A program made the translations under genes and the position numbers. A DNA stretch of 64,000 nucleotides from Candidatus Latescibacterota bacterium (lineage in GTDB: Bacteria > Latescibacterota > UBA2968 > SICM01), in contig CBDCJO010000002.1 of NCBI GenBank assembly GCA_965217865.1, forward strand, positions 768,001 through 832,000. The letters run 5' to 3'. Position 1 is the first letter of the stretch. Each line of letters begins with the position of its first letter. The notes below the pieces were generated by a model, which was not told where the DNA came from, searched no databases, and saw only the letters and a list, made by a program, of their open reading frames with translations. This document shows, in pieces, positions 20,344 to 32,314 of this stretch.

Positions 20344-21564
20344 GTGGAAAAAGACTTGCATCAGAAAATGCGGGAGTGTCACGACCGGATATGGGATCGA
20401 TTCATCCATCCGGAACTCGGCCTGATTTACGACTACGTGTCCAATGATGGCCGTCCCCCGTTCTGGTGGTTGCCCACCGCGGACGAAATCGCCCACCGCT
20501 ATCCCAACCCGCAGGGATGGTCCACCGGTATGGAGGACGGATCACTCAACGGCGGGGTCTATCTTGCCTCAATGGTGACCGCCTATCGCATTACGGGTCG
20601 TGAAGTATACGCAGAGAAAGCCCGAAGATTATACAAAGGCCTGATCCGCACGGCCACGTGCAGTCCGGAGAAAGGGTTCATCGCACGGGCCGTCACATAC
20701 GACAACGCCCACTGGTATCCCGCCTCTTCCGTCGATCAGTATACCTGGTGGATGCACGGCATGTGGGTATACTCCCGCAGCGGAATAGCTGTGGATCAGG
20801 AGATCGATGCCGTCCGCGCCGTCGCCCGGGACGTGTGTGTACGAATGGAGCGGGACGATTGGGAGATCTATCGGGAGGACGGTGAAAAGGCCTACTACCT
20901 GGATATCGGGGCCTTTACCGCGGACCGCAGCACCCGCCTCCTCGAAGTCCTCCGGATCGCCCACGACTTGACCGGTGACGCACATTGGCTGGAAGTGTAT
21001 TACGACAAGGTCCACGAGGAGGACGACCGTCGCCTTCTGAGCGTACAGGATACCGTTGCTTTTTCCCCCACCCCATATACCGTGATCCAGACGGCGGCCT
21101 CCCTCCTGCCTCTGATCGCGCTGGAGTCCGAACAGAACATCAAAAATCAATATATCGCAGCACTCAATGCGTGCGCCCGCGGCATGTGGTACGCGGTTCC
21201 TTCGTGCTATCGATACGAGGCGGAACGAACCCGGAACGCCGATTGGGATCCGGACTGGCGGAAGCGCTATCCCCCCGAGGGATTTCGCAAAGGCGGGCTG
21301 AAGTTCGAACCCCCGGGTTGGGCGTTCGAGGATGAAGTCATCCGCCGTCCCTGCGAGGCCATGATGGTGGTGGCCTACGGGGCCGATACCGATCCGACCA
21401 TGAAACACGGAGTCGTGCGGGACCAGCTGCTCACGGTGATTCGCTGGGCCCTGACGACTTACGACTATGAATATATTCACAGCTATGCGCTCGTCTACGC
21501 CGAGTCTCTCTACTGGCTGGCGATCGAGAAAGGACTCCTCGAAAAAGCAGAGGTTGGGGACTAG
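20344..21564 (+). CDS. Hypothetical protein, possible (alpha/alpha)6 glycosidase-like fold
   Basis: GWSTGMED..GG.YL, KGFIAR, SSVDQY helical pattern; the stop TAG is part of an IS1380 target. Confidence 0.5.
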   Translation: MEKDLHQKMRECHDRIWDRFIHPELGLIYDYVSNDGRPPFWWLPTADEIAHRYPNPQGWSTGMEDGSLNGGVYLASMVTAYRITGREVYAEKARRLYKGLIRTATCSPEKGFIARAVTYDNAHWYPASSVDQYTWWMHGMWVYSRSGIAVDQEIDAVRAVARDVCVRMERDDWEIYREDGEKAYYLDIGAFTADRSTRLLEVLRIAHDLTGDAHWLEVYYDKVHEEDDRRLLSVQDTVAFSPTPYTVIQTAASLLPLIALESEQNIKNQYIAALNACARGMWYAVPSCYRYEAERTRNADWDPDWRKRYPPEGFRKGGLKFEPPGWAFEDEVIRRPCEAMMVVAYGADTDPTMKHGVVRDQLLTVIRWALTTYDYEYIHSYALVYAESLYWLAIEKGLLEKAEVGD

Positions 21565-23364
21565 TCCTAAAATAAGCGAATAGGCTTGTTGAGCGGTGTG
21601 TTATACAAGATTTCGGAGCATTTCAGACTTGTGACTTGGTGGAGATGATGTCTGGGCTGTTTTTGTGATTGTTTCGGCATGCGATTGTCTAATTAACTGA
21701 GTTTGCGGACGTGTTTTAGCCGGGGTGGACGGACTTGTCCCTGTGATGTTACGACGACAGGTGCTGACATGGCAGTCAGGCCGGTTTGAGCCATCTGATT
21801 CTGTTCCAGGCCGGGAAGAAGTCAGTCATCCACCGGTTGTAGCCCAAGACACGATAGATGATCTGTCTTCCCCGGGTCACGATCTGGCAAGGGATCCAGA
21901 TCAGATTCTGGAGGAAGGCGCGAAACTTCATTCTCAGAAGTTGATCGCGACGCTCACGCTTTCGGATCATCAACGCGAACCAGGCTTTGAGGTTCCACGC
22001 CAGGGCGGTCATGACCATGTAAGCCCAGTTGCTCATCAGGTTGTCGACGGGCATCCGCATGGCGTTGACCCCGTTCTTGAGTTGTTCAATCACGTTTTCC
22101 TGATCGCACCGTCGATTGGCCAGCCTCACGATTTCCGCGGCCGTAAGATCTTTTCGGGTGGTAATGTAGAAGAAACAGCGCTTGTCATCGAACAGGGCGT
22201 TTTCGCCGCGTTCGACGCTCAGGTTTTTTTCGAGGATCACGAGTCGACAGGTCTTCCTGCATCGAGCAGGACGATACGAAACCCCGGCAACACGTTCACT
22301 GGCAAGTCGGATGTTTTTGAAGCCGCGCTCCCGGATGATCCGGGCTTTCACGTTCTCGCGTTTCTGTCTCTGGGAGGTTTTGACCTGGTATTTGGGTTGT
22401 CGTTCAAAGGGCTCCCAATCGCTCTGTGACAGGGATTTGGCGATCTTGACCAATCCTCTGTAAGCATCCATGCCGAAGACGAAGTCGACCTTTTCCGACC
22501 AACGATCGAAGTGCCGGGTGAGTGAGAAGCCGGTGTCTCCGCGCAGGCAGATGCGTTTGGCGAAAGGGGCGACCAGCGCGATGGCGCGATCGATCCACTT
22601 TACGGCACCGTCGTGGCTGGGCACATGGCCGGGTCGATTCACAAGAAACAACACCTCCCTGGTGTTCGCCAGAGAGACCACGAGAGGATGGTATCCCCAG
22701 ATACCGTTGTATGACAGGGCCATGCCCTGCTTGCGTTCTCCGAGGGTGGTGGCCAGGGTGCCGTCGATGTCGATGAGGGCTTCTTTGAGTTCGCCCCTGG
22801 CGCGCTTTTTCCAGATCCGGGTGCGCACCCGGTTGATGCAATCCATCAACGTCTCGATATCCGATGGTCGGATCCGGGAGACGCTGAGCGCCCAAAGCGT
22901 TCAGGAACGTGGCATCCTGCCGGCGCAGCTCAATGTCTTCAAGGCGTTGACCACCAACCAGCGCATTGTAGGCGATGTTCAGAACGTGGTCTGATTCGTG
23001 ACAGGGCAAATGCACTTTCAAAAGATGAAGATGACGGTCAATCTCTTTCACCAGCCCAACCCTGCGGACCATGTGGTGAAACGCGCCGATCCCCCCACAC
23101 GTGATCGCCTCGGCCTTCCCACTTATCTCGTAGTGGATGTTTCCCCCAGACATCATAGGCTTGACCTGACTGCACCACTGCTTCCGACGCAAACGACGGA
23201 CAATTCGTGCTTCCCTGTTCCGAAGAATCTTCCTGTATTCTCTCATCTGAAATGCCCCTTTTGATGGCCTCTTTTTGTCTTTCACACTACAACTATAGGC
23301 CTGAAAACTGGGGCATTTCAACTTTTTTCTACTAAAACCAAGAAAAATTCACGCTTGTATAGGG
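21565..23364 (-). mobile_element. IS1380 family IS, copy 1; transposase (21776-23246) broken by a 32-bp deletion at ~22867
   Basis: Near-identical to 40776-42608 and 44375-46207; flanks ACTAG / GCTAG. Confidence 0.95.
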
Positions 23365-23488
23365 GCTAGTTCAAATTTTCCACTTGTATGAAAAAGTTTG
23401 TCCCGGCCGCCTTTTCGATTCCCGAGTCACGAAACACGATCCACGGGTTTTCCGATCCCCGAATCACGAACCACTGAACCCGGACGCT

Positions 23489-24898
23489 CTAGTGAAAAAC
23501 CGATCCGGATAAAAACGGGCGGAATCGTATCGAATATAGGTCGGCGTCTTTGAGCAGGAAGCGCAGTCTCACCGGCTTGCCTGCGAAGGCCCGCACGTCG
23601 GAACCCCCGGACCACCTCACGACGCGCTCGATATCGTCGCCGAAGATCTCCGGGCAGTTGTCGGCTTCGAAGCCGGGTATTGAGCTGCCTTCTTGATCCG
23701 TTATCTCAACGCGAACGCTCCCGGCACCGGATGTGGCATAGTTGATCACCAGCTCCCGTCCGTCGAAGATGAGCGGCCTGGTGAGCAGCTCTCCCCCCCG
23801 GTACAATGCGTTAACCGAGACGAAACCGTCCGTGCGCAGGACGCAGCGCTTCAGATGGACGCTCGGACGGGTGTAGTGCTGGACGATGTAAACGGAGATC
23901 TCATCCGGGGCCGTGGGCAGTAAGCCATAGGCGATCATGTTGGATCGAGCACCCCAGTTGAGCCTTTCGCGTCCGGGCCGGATGAAGGCTTCCATAAAGC
24001 GGCGATCGAAGTGGAGACCGTCACGGCTGGACATAAACATCGCATCCGACAGGCCGTCGGTTTCGTGTTCCGAGACGCCCCTTCGATCAGTTATGAAGCG
24101 TTTGGGGAAGCCGAAGAGGATGTGGGGTGCTCTGAAGTAAGGGGTGATTGAATTGGTGTAGAGGTTCTCGACGGGCGCGTCGCCGAAATCGAGACGCTGG
24201 AGGGGGGTCCAGTTGATGAAATCCTCGGACGTTCGCATCGCAATGCTGCGAACCTTCCCTTTGATCGGGCGGTACCATATCCGGTGGAACATGACATATC
24301 GTTTGCACTCCGGATCCCACCAGGTGCTGAAGTTGCAGTCATAGGCGGAATCCACCCCGTCATATTCATCGATGACAGGCTTCTCCCCGATCAGGTGCCA
24401 TCGAACCGCGTCCGGCGGCCCGAATGCGAATACGGGCTTTTGGTAGCCGTCGCTGGATATGGCCTTGTAGCGCTCTTCTGCCGTACAGTCGGGATTCGTA
24501 TCGAAGAATGCGCCCAGCGCACAGGGCGAGCCGACGCCGTTCCACACGATGTTGTTTCTCGTGGACCCCTCGAATTCGAGGAGATTCAGTTCGGGCTTCT
24601 CCCAGTGGATCCCGTCCCGGCTCCACGCGTAGCAGACGCGTGCCGTGATTCCTCGTTCCCCGAGTCCTCCTCGATAATACATCCTGAAACGATCCTCGTC
24701 TTTGAAGACCGAGACGTAGAAAATCCGGTTCCCCTCCCACGGCCTGTCGTTTTCGAGCACCCTCTCCGCTTTTATGGGCGAATGCAACTTCAAACTCAGG
24801 CCGTCGGTCATCGTGTCGATCAGTACGTCGTCCACGAACAACTCGAGGCGAGAGCCGATGTCAAAAGGCGTGTCCTTGTCTTTTCTCTGCGATTCCAT
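23489..24898 (-). CDS. Putative five-bladed beta-propeller glycoside-hydrolase-like protein
   Basis: LELFVDD, YAWSRDGIHWEKP, SSRDGLHF, LRTDGFVSV, LVINYATSGAGSVRVEI. Confidence 0.6.
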   Translation of the reverse strand: MESQRKDKDTPFDIGSRLELFVDDVLIDTMTDGLSLKLHSPIKAERVLENDRPWEGNRIFYVSVFKDEDRFRMYYRGGLGERGITARVCYAWSRDGIHWEKPELNLLEFEGSTRNNIVWNGVGSPCALGAFFDTNPDCTAEERYKAISSDGYQKPVFAFGPPDAVRWHLIGEKPVIDEYDGVDSAYDCNFSTWWDPECKRYVMFHRIWYRPIKGKVRSIAMRTSEDFINWTPLQRLDFGDAPVENLYTNSITPYFRAPHILFGFPKRFITDRRGVSEHETDGLSDAMFMSSRDGLHFDRRFMEAFIRPGRERLNWGARSNMIAYGLLPTAPDEISVYIVQHYTRPSVHLKRCVLRTDGFVSVNALYRGGELLTRPLIFDGRELVINYATSGAGSVRVEITDQEGSSIPGFEADNCPEIFGDDIERVVRWSGGSDVRAFAGKPVRLRFLLKDADLYSIRFRPFLSGSVFH

Positions 24899-25216
24899 GT
24901 TGTTGGCCCTTTCAAGACACTAAACGTGAAACGTGAGATGTCAAACGTGAGACGTGAAACCTAACCCCCAAGCCCCCTTCCCTAAAGGGAAGGGGGATAT
25001 CGCCTTTATTTTAGCGAAATTTCAAGCCCAATGATCTACCCTCTCCTTTAGGGGAGGGGCCAGGGGAGGGGTCCAAAGAAGGAATTAATAAAAGAAACAG
25101 AGAAGTTGCATATAGATAAAACTAAACGTATTTTTTTCTACTGCTACTGCTACTGCTACTGGACTTGACCCGGTTTCGTGGATACCTTATTACTTGGCAG
25201 AAAGGAGGATGCTACG

Positions 25217-25524
25217 ATGCCGAGGACACATCCGCCGTATCCGCCGGAGTTCAAACGGCAGATGTTATGCGAGCGGGTCGCACGCCTCATGAGTTGTCCC
25301 GTGAGTTCGAGCCGTCCGCCCAGGCGATCCGGAACTGGATGTGGCAGGCCGATCTGGATGCGGGCCGCCGCAGTGATGGTCTGACCACCGAAGAGCGGGA
25401 GGAGATCAGACGACTGCGCCGCGAGAATAGGCAGTTGCGACAGGAGCGGGAGATCCTTGCAAAAGCCGCGGCCTGGTTCGCTCGGGAGACCAACTCGGTG
25501 CCAGGGGAGTCTACGAGTTCGTGA
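25217..25524 (+). pseudogene. IS3 OrfA (HTH), frameshifted near 25265
   Basis: MPRTHPPYPPEFKRQM in one frame; RAGRTPHELSREFEPSAQAIRNW..EILAKAAAWFARE in another. Confidence 0.75.
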
Positions 25525-26381
25525 AAGCCAATCAGGCCTTCTATAAAGTAGCCACGATGTGCCGGGTCCTGGAAGTCTCCACCAGTGGGTACTACGCGTG
25601 GCTCAAGCGGCCGCTGTCGGCACGAGCGCAGGCCGATGTGGCTCTGACGGAACGGATCGTGAAGATTCACAAGTGTTCTGATGGCACCTACGGTGTCCCG
25701 CGCATATACGAGGAGCTTGTAGCCGAGGGGGAGCGGATCGGTCGCAAGCGCGTTGCGCGGTTGATGCGTGCTGCAGGCCTGGAGGGCGTAAGTCGTCGCA
25801 AACGGCATCGAACCACCTACCGTGATCGCGATGGGCGCGTCGCTGCTGACCTGGTCAATCGAGATTTCACGGCTAACGGGCCAGACCAGCTCTGGGTAGC
25901 CGACATCACTTACATCAGTACGTGGGCCGGCTTCCTGTATCTCGCGGTCGTTGTGGACGCCTGGAGCCGCCGCGTCGTTGGCTGGGCGATGGCGACCCAT
26001 CTGCGCGCCGAGCTGGTGCTCGAGGCGTTGAATATGGCGCTCTGGCAACGACAGCCGGAAGCCGTCATCCATCACTCCGACCAGGGATGTCAGTACACCT
26101 CCATTGCCTTCGGTCTACGGTGCCGCAAGGCCGGTGTCCGGCCCTCTATGGGCTCCACCGGTGACTGCTACGACAACGCGTTATGCGAGAGCTTCTTCGC
26201 CACGCTCGAATGCGAACGCCTGGATCGCCGAAACTACCGCACACAGGCCGAAGCCCGGATGTCCGTATTTCAATACATCGAGGGCTGGTACAACTCCCAT
26301 CGGCGACACTCAGCACTCGGATATCTCTCTCCAATGAACTTTGAGCAGACCTCCAGCGCTGTTGCCCATGAAGCCGAATGA
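25521..26381 (+). CDS. IS3 OrfB DDE transposase
   Basis: WVADITY, HHSDQGCQY, DNALCESFF. Confidence 0.95.
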   Translation: MKANQAFYKVATMCRVLEVSTSGYYAWLKRPLSARAQADVALTERIVKIHKCSDGTYGVPRIYEELVAEGERIGRKRVARLMRAAGLEGVSRRKRHRTTYRDRDGRVAADLVNRDFTANGPDQLWVADITYISTWAGFLYLAVVVDAWSRRVVGWAMATHLRAELVLEALNMALWQRQPEAVIHHSDQGCQYTSIAFGLRCRKAGVRPSMGSTGDCYDNALCESFFATLECERLDRRNYRTQAEARMSVFQYIEGWYNSHRRHSALGYLSPMNFEQTSSAVAHEAE

Positions 26382-26515
26382 ATCGCAACTGATAAACCGT
26401 CCGCTAAACCGGGGTAACTCCAACTGCTACTGCTACTGGCATCTGATTTTACACTTTCCACTTTCCATTTTTCATTTTCCATTTCCCGGGTCGGGGGCCG
26501 GGTAGGGAGGAACCG

Positions 26516-27529
26516 ATGTCTCTATCTATGCGCGTGGCCCTGGGCCAGTTCAATGAGCTCACGGACGAAAAGATCTCTTTCATCAAGCAGCTCGGCGCCG
26601 GCGATTTCCTGATGAATCACGCCAGGCTTCCTGGAGAAGTGAAATGGGAGTACGAAGATCTCGCCGCCTTGAAGAAGCGGGGGGACGATGCCGGACTTCG
26701 GCTTATGGCCCTCGAGAACGTGCCGGGCTCATTCTACGATAAGGCTATGCTGGGTCTGCCGGGCAGGGACGACCAGATCGCCAATATGTGCACCACGATC
26801 CGGAACATGGGTCGGGCGGGCATTCCGATCCTGGGCTATCACTTTATGCCGAGCATGGTATGGCGAACCCCGGAGCCTGCCGTCCTCCGCGGTGGTGCCA
26901 CGGCCACCCGTTTCAACATCGCCGAGCGGTCCCGGGGTTCTTCACCGGAAGGGCCTGTCGAGGTACACGCAAACGAGCTCACACACGGCCGTGTCTACAC
27001 GGAGGGGGAGATGTGGGAGAACTATTCCTACTACCTGGAGCGCATCCTGCCGGTCGCCGAAGAAGCGCGCGTGCGGCTGGCGTTGCATCCGGACGACCCG
27101 CCTGTGGAATCCCTCGGGGGGATCGCCCGCATCTTCAAAAGGTTCGATGATTTCAAGCGCGCGATGGATACGTTCGACAGTCCCTATCACGGGCTGGACT
27201 TCTGCATGGGTTGCTGGTCCGAGATGGGTTCACACGAGAATGTCATCCGGGGCATCCGGTATTTCGGTCCTAAGGGGAAGATCATCTACGTTCATTTCCG
27301 CGACGTTCAGGGCCAGGGGGGCTGTTTCAACGAATGCTTCATCGACGAGGGCCAGGTCGATACCTTCGAGGTGGTGAAGACGCTGAAGGAGGTCGGCTTC
27401 GACGGGTTTATGATTACAGATCACGTGCCGAACATCGTGGACGATACGGGCTGGGGCCACCGGGGAAGGGCCCACTGTATCGGCTATATGCAGGCACTGA
27501 TCCAGGTTGTGAATAAGCTTTATTCGTAA
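26516..27529 (+). CDS. uxuA: Mannonate dehydratase family protein
   Basis: ILGYHFMP, LALHPDDPP, GLDFCMG, YVHFRDV, ITDHVP. Confidence 0.8.
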   Translation: MSLSMRVALGQFNELTDEKISFIKQLGAGDFLMNHARLPGEVKWEYEDLAALKKRGDDAGLRLMALENVPGSFYDKAMLGLPGRDDQIANMCTTIRNMGRAGIPILGYHFMPSMVWRTPEPAVLRGGATATRFNIAERSRGSSPEGPVEVHANELTHGRVYTEGEMWENYSYYLERILPVAEEARVRLALHPDDPPVESLGGIARIFKRFDDFKRAMDTFDSPYHGLDFCMGCWSEMGSHENVIRGIRYFGPKGKIIYVHFRDVQGQGGCFNECFIDEGQVDTFEVVKTLKEVGFDGFMITDHVPNIVDDTGWGHRGRAHCIGYMQALIQVVNKLYS

Positions 27530-27717
27530 GATAGGGGGTACTCATCAAAATTGGTTTCGTTGGCCTTGTACCTTTCTCACAAGTTCCCGTTCCTTGCTCA
27601 TTAATATAGGAGCAGCAGAGGAACACCCCGCTCTTTCCATCCCCTGCCTGATACCCCCGAGACCATCTCCGACGTTGAAAAGATGATCAGGAGTCCCCGC
27701 AGACAACAACCGGATGC

Positions 27718-30608
27718 CTATGCGTCGTAGCCCTCAGGCACGCCTATACTCTTTGGGGGAGGAGCCGGGGGAGGGGTGCGCAGTTCTATTTCAACGGGAT
27801 CTATCGACTTCACGTTGGCATTGGGATCAAAGTTGTCCCAGTTGGGGGGGATACCGGGAAAGGGCCCGTCGTAGACATCATGACCCATCTCGGGCACGTT
27901 TTCGGCGCCACTCGGCCTCTGCCCTTGCGAATCCTTCCGGGTCATGGTCCATGGCCCTGGCTACGGTCGACATCATTAGAGGTATGTAACCACCGAAGGT
28001 CACATTGGTGAAGGTGACGTGGGACAGGGTTTCGACTCGAAGGGCCATATCCGTAAAGAAGCTCAACACGTGGTACTTAGCCCATGCCGCATAGATAGGG
28101 TCCTTTGTCAAGTCGTAGGCCATGCCCACGCCCCCTGGGACGCTGTTGCCCCCTGGAGGCCCTCCCCAGCTCGTCCAGTGCCATCCGTTTCCCACGGGCC
28201 AGAGCCTTGGACCGGGGGGTCAGCCATTCCCGGGCCATATCGAGGGTGAAGAAGCCGGATACCGGGACTTCCCAGACCATGTGGTCAGCCTCGGCCAGGA
28301 TGGTCTTTTTCAGGAGATCGCTGTTGAAATGTCGGACCCCTTCGTAGTAGATGGAGAACATAATGCCCCCATGCTGGGCCGGCTGGGAGGACGGTTGTAC
28401 GAAGGCCTCTTCCCCAAGATCGCCGAGGGTCTGGGCAGAGGAAGGGATCAAACCCGGGACGGATTGTGTCTTGAGGAGCCAGTTCAGACTTCGCCGGGCC
28501 AGCCCTCCGTATTTTTCAGCCCAGGTCACGAGGTAGGCCTCGATCACACAGGCGAGTGGGCCGGTGAACTCCCGCTTTCCTCCACCCCGGCGTTCTGTAA
28601 TGATCCCCGCGGGTTCCTGGTTCCGAACGGCCCAGTCCGCGGCCTCGAGGGCGACCTCCAGGAGGCGCCTGTTGCCGGTGAAGTAATAGTGAAGCATGAT
28701 GCCAAGGGTAAGGGTGTGGGAAGGGCTGTGGCCGCCGGACCACTGGTGGGCGCTATGATAATGTATCAAACCCACGTATTCCGGATGGGAAGGGTGAGCG
28801 TGGCAGACGGTCACATCCGCCATCGTCTGGCTGTAGGCGGAGGCCAGGAGGAAATGGCGGCGCTTCGCGGTGCGGACGAAATTGCCCCAGAGCGCCCAGA
28901 CCTGGTCGTTGGCCTCATTGTTGTAGGGCCCTACGTGCTTCAGTCCTTCGATTGGATTTGTGCGGTAATGAAGACGATAGGCAGCTCCTGCACCCGGGCT
29001 GTGTGAACAGACCAGATTCCCGTAGCGCATCATGCCGTATAGCCGACACCGCTCCCTCGGTTCGACGACAAGGGTCTCGACGATCTGGTCCAATGCCGCA
29101 TCCACTTCGGCGAATCGCTCATCCCCCGCGTAGTAATGCGCTCGGGTCGCCTCTGTTCGGTATGTGTATTGAGGATCGGGAGGCGCGATTATCGGTTCCT
29201 GAACACATATTGCGAAGGCCTCAGCCGATTCATCATCGATGGGCTCGGGGGAGAGGCGGAGCCAGAACTCCGTGGTCTTGGCGGCGCCGGTTCCGTCGCT
29301 GGTGTCCGTGTCGTTGTGCGATGCGGGCCGATCGGGTGCGTACTTCCGGACCATCTCCTCGATCCAGGCCGCGTCCTCTTCACTCTGGCAGTTGAAGCTT
29401 TTCAGGTGCAGGGGTGCGGTGGGATTCTCCTGGAGAATGCGTTTGACGGTTTCCTCGTCTCGGGTGGCATCGAATCTGACGGCCGTTTCCTTCCACGGTG
29501 TGGAAAAAACCAGTTTTTCCCCACACGCTGCGGGCCAGATCTGGAGAGAAAGGCCCCGGCTGTCGACGGTGAAGCCTTTCGGATACTCCTGCCAGTGATC
29601 CCGAATGACAAAGAGCGCCGATCCCTCGCGGCCACAAAGGCTTGCCCATCCGCGTGTCTTCTCCCCCTCGCCGAAGGGTTCACCGTCTCGCGTCACCCGG
29701 TAAGAAATATCCGAGTCCTGAAGAAACCTCCCCTCCGCCCATCGCGCCGCCCAGTGCGCCTTATCCTGTCCACCGAACCCCATCCTCAGATCGTCCCCAA
29801 GATCCAGCGGAAAGAACAATCCGACCTCAGAAAACGCCAGAGCATTCGGGTCCTGGTCGAACACAAACGTGTGAAATATCCGCAAATCGTTCCGACCTGC
29901 ATAGGCGTGGATCCGAACCGTATACGGACACAGATGAAGACCATTTTCTGAGGCGTGATATCCCTTCACGCTAACACAGACCCACATCGGGCCGGATTCC
30001 TCCACAATCACCTTCGGAGTCGGACCCGCTCCAAACGAGTCATAGACCTCTCCGTATGTGTCAACCAGATACAGATAGGGCCCCGGATTGCCCCGGAACA
30101 CATCGTGCCAGCCATCCCCCTTCCTGATCCAGCACCCTGAAAGGAAATCTCTGGCGCCCTCGATCGACGCCACCGCCGGTTGTGGGGGGGGAATGAAGGC
30201 GAAGTGAGGTTGTCCCCCCGAATGAGGGAGCCGGAAGTCCAGTCGAAGCCTACCTGTGTCAACCCGGAGGCGTTCCCTGCTCTGTTCCGTCGAAACCCCC
30301 TGTTCCGGTTCAACCGCCTCGACCCCGGGTCCATATTCCAGGAAATATTCTGGTGTTTTATCCACCATCAGATCCGCTTGAAAGTCCACCAGAAGCCACT
30401 TTACGTACTTCATATCCCGGTTCCACGTGGCAAGACACGTAGCTTGCGTGGGGAGGGCCTCTCCTTCGGGGCCCACCGCCCGGACCGGGGACCCACGTTC
30501 GAGGTCTCCGTCCGCGAACGGCACCCCCTGCGTGATCGGCCAGGCCTTTCGATCGACCCCGCCCGGGTTCTCGATCCTTAACTTGATTCGTTTGATTTTC
30601 TTCGGCAC
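27718..30608 (-). pseudogene. PcRGLX/YetA-like polysaccharide-lyase-family protein, copy A (two 1-nt insertions at ~28206 and ~27895)
   Basis: N-terminal PITQGVPFADG..WNRDMKYVKWLLVDF, GAAKTTEFW, YGMMRYGN, HYYFTGNRR toroid; alignment to copies B and C shows the extra C and G. Confidence 0.7.
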
Positions 30609-30764
30609 AATGCTCCTCCAGCTTCTTCCTGTTTTCCTTAAAAAAATCGGAGGGGTTATCGCTGATAGTCGGGGTAAGCGTATTTGTGAAAAATGCCTAG
30701 CTTACATCCCTGAATCCCGCCAGATAGCTTATATCACGGGGATCTTAATATTGCAGAACATGCT

Positions 30765-30828
30765 TGATAACGTTGAAGATCAACATTTTTCGGCCAAGCG
30801 AAAATATGCTGCATCTTCTTGTTAGTGG
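30765..30828 (-). other. attC-type integron cassette recombination site
   Basis: Minus strand CACTAAC-AAGAAGATGCAGCAT...ATGTTGATCTTCAAC-GTTATCA with a bulged G, starting ~15 nt after the GH32 stop. Confidence 0.75.
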
Positions 30829-30843
30829 CGTTTTCAGATCCTG

Positions 30844-32295
30844 TTACCAGACCGGTTTCATTTGCCATGTATCAAGGGATTTCAGTGTACCGCTCCCATT
30901 CTCGGTAAAGACGGAAACGCCGAGGTCCTTTGCTCCGGGGTAGATCACACGAGTGACGCAAGACATGCCGTCATTAACGAAGACTTCCATCACTGACTTG
31001 TCCAGGAATACATGAAGTCGGAAGGCATTCGCTTTACCCCCCAGCGCAACAGGCACCTGGGTGCCCGCTACATTCAAAGTTCCGCTGGCATACCTCAGGG
31101 TGACGGCCTTCTCTCCGTTTTCGCTGCAGCGGAGTTTCAGACCGATAGCTGTAGCATTCCCCTGTTCCAACTCGGCTACGAGTTCCATGGTGTCGCCCTT
31201 GATCTCGTTAAGGCGTTTCGTCTCGTCGACCACGTTCAGATTCTCAATACTGCGGTGTTGCCCGCGCAGTTTCTTGAGTTCAGGTGCCGGGGTCTGGATC
31301 AAGTTCTGCTCTTTGTCGAGACTCAAGATGCGAGGGAGGGAAAGGCTGCCATGCCATCCTCTGCCTTGCTCGAAACCGCTTACCCATCCGAACATAATGC
31401 ACCGTCCTTCGGGGTCCGGAAACGTGTAGGTGGCATATAGCCCTCGAGTCCAGAGGTTAGGGTGCGCCGGGCCGTAGCTGTAATCCACTACTCCTTGTTT
31501 TTCTGTCGTAAATGTCAGCGTCTCTATATCGAAACTGCCAACAAAATACTCCACCCATCTGTATGCCCCATAGATCAGAACCCACCTGCTGCCAAGCTTC
31601 ATGAAGTTGGGGCATTCACCGCTGTCATTGTGCATGATACCGCGATACCGCCATTTGAGCAAGCTGCCATCTTCGGCCTCATAAATTGGTACTACACCCT
31701 TGCCCTTGATCTTGCAGCTGCTCAAAAGCATGAAGGTGCGTCCACCCTCGCGAAAGATGAATGGCATATCCTCTTTGTCGTATGGATGCTCAGGTGCGCC
31801 GTGTCTCTCACGCGTTCTCCAGCTGAGAAAAGGGTTTCCGTTCCATTTTTCCCATTGAATCAGATCGTCGTCACCCAGAACAGCCCAGTGTTCACGTCTA
31901 CCCTCAAACGGAACCATGTTGTAGAAGATGATGGGTGTTCCGGCATCGTTGAAGGCAAGACAACCGGAATTACAGCGTCTTTCTCCCAATTCCCTGGACG
32001 GCCCGAATGCTATCGGGAGATGTTCCCAGTGGACAAGATCCCGGCTGCGAGTATGCCCCCAATGTGTGCCGTCAGCGCCCCATGTGTCGCCGTAGGGATT
32101 GAACTCATAGAACACGTGATAGAATCCCTTGTGAAAAATGATACCTACCGGATCGTTCATCCACTGTGCGGGGGGACGAAAATGGTAGATCGGGCGCGTA
32201 CCGTCTTCCTCTGCGCGGGCGGTCGCGGCGTCTACTGCCGCCATGGCCTTCTCAAGCAGGGCGCTGTCATCCGATCTCGTGCGATTCGTGATCAT
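30844..32295 (-). CDS. Glycoside hydrolase family 32 (beta-fructofuranosidase-like)
   Basis: YHFRPPAQWMNDP, WGHTRSRDLVHW, GECP, LSLPR, FLDKSVMEVF. Confidence 0.92.
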   Translation of the reverse strand: MITNRTRSDDSALLEKAMAAVDAATARAEEDGTRPIYHFRPPAQWMNDPVGIIFHKGFYHVFYEFNPYGDTWGADGTHWGHTRSRDLVHWEHLPIAFGPSRELGERRCNSGCLAFNDAGTPIIFYNMVPFEGRREHWAVLGDDDLIQWEKWNGNPFLSWRTRERHGAPEHPYDKEDMPFIFREGGRTFMLLSSCKIKGKGVVPIYEAEDGSLLKWRYRGIMHNDSGECPNFMKLGSRWVLIYGAYRWVEYFVGSFDIETLTFTTEKQGVVDYSYGPAHPNLWTRGLYATYTFPDPEGRCIMFGWVSGFEQGRGWHGSLSLPRILSLDKEQNLIQTPAPELKKLRGQHRSIENLNVVDETKRLNEIKGDTMELVAELEQGNATAIGLKLRCSENGEKAVTLRYASGTLNVAGTQVPVALGGKANAFRLHVFLDKSVMEVFVNDGMSCVTRVIYPGAKDLGVSVFTENGSGTLKSLDTWQMKPVW

Positions 32296-32314
32296 ACTCT
32301 TTGTATTGTCCTTT

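Larger units (their letters stand above)
25160..26422 (+). mobile_element. IS3 family IS inserted in a (CTACTG)n array
   Basis: TG...CA ends, imperfect IRs TGGACTTGACCCGGTTT / AAACCGGGGTAACTCCA; orfA-orfB GTGA overlap. Confidence 0.92.

Noticed and set aside
11791-21564. Two genes ending with the identical sequence GGGGACTAG
   Set aside because: A 9-bp match with no further shared context; likely chance
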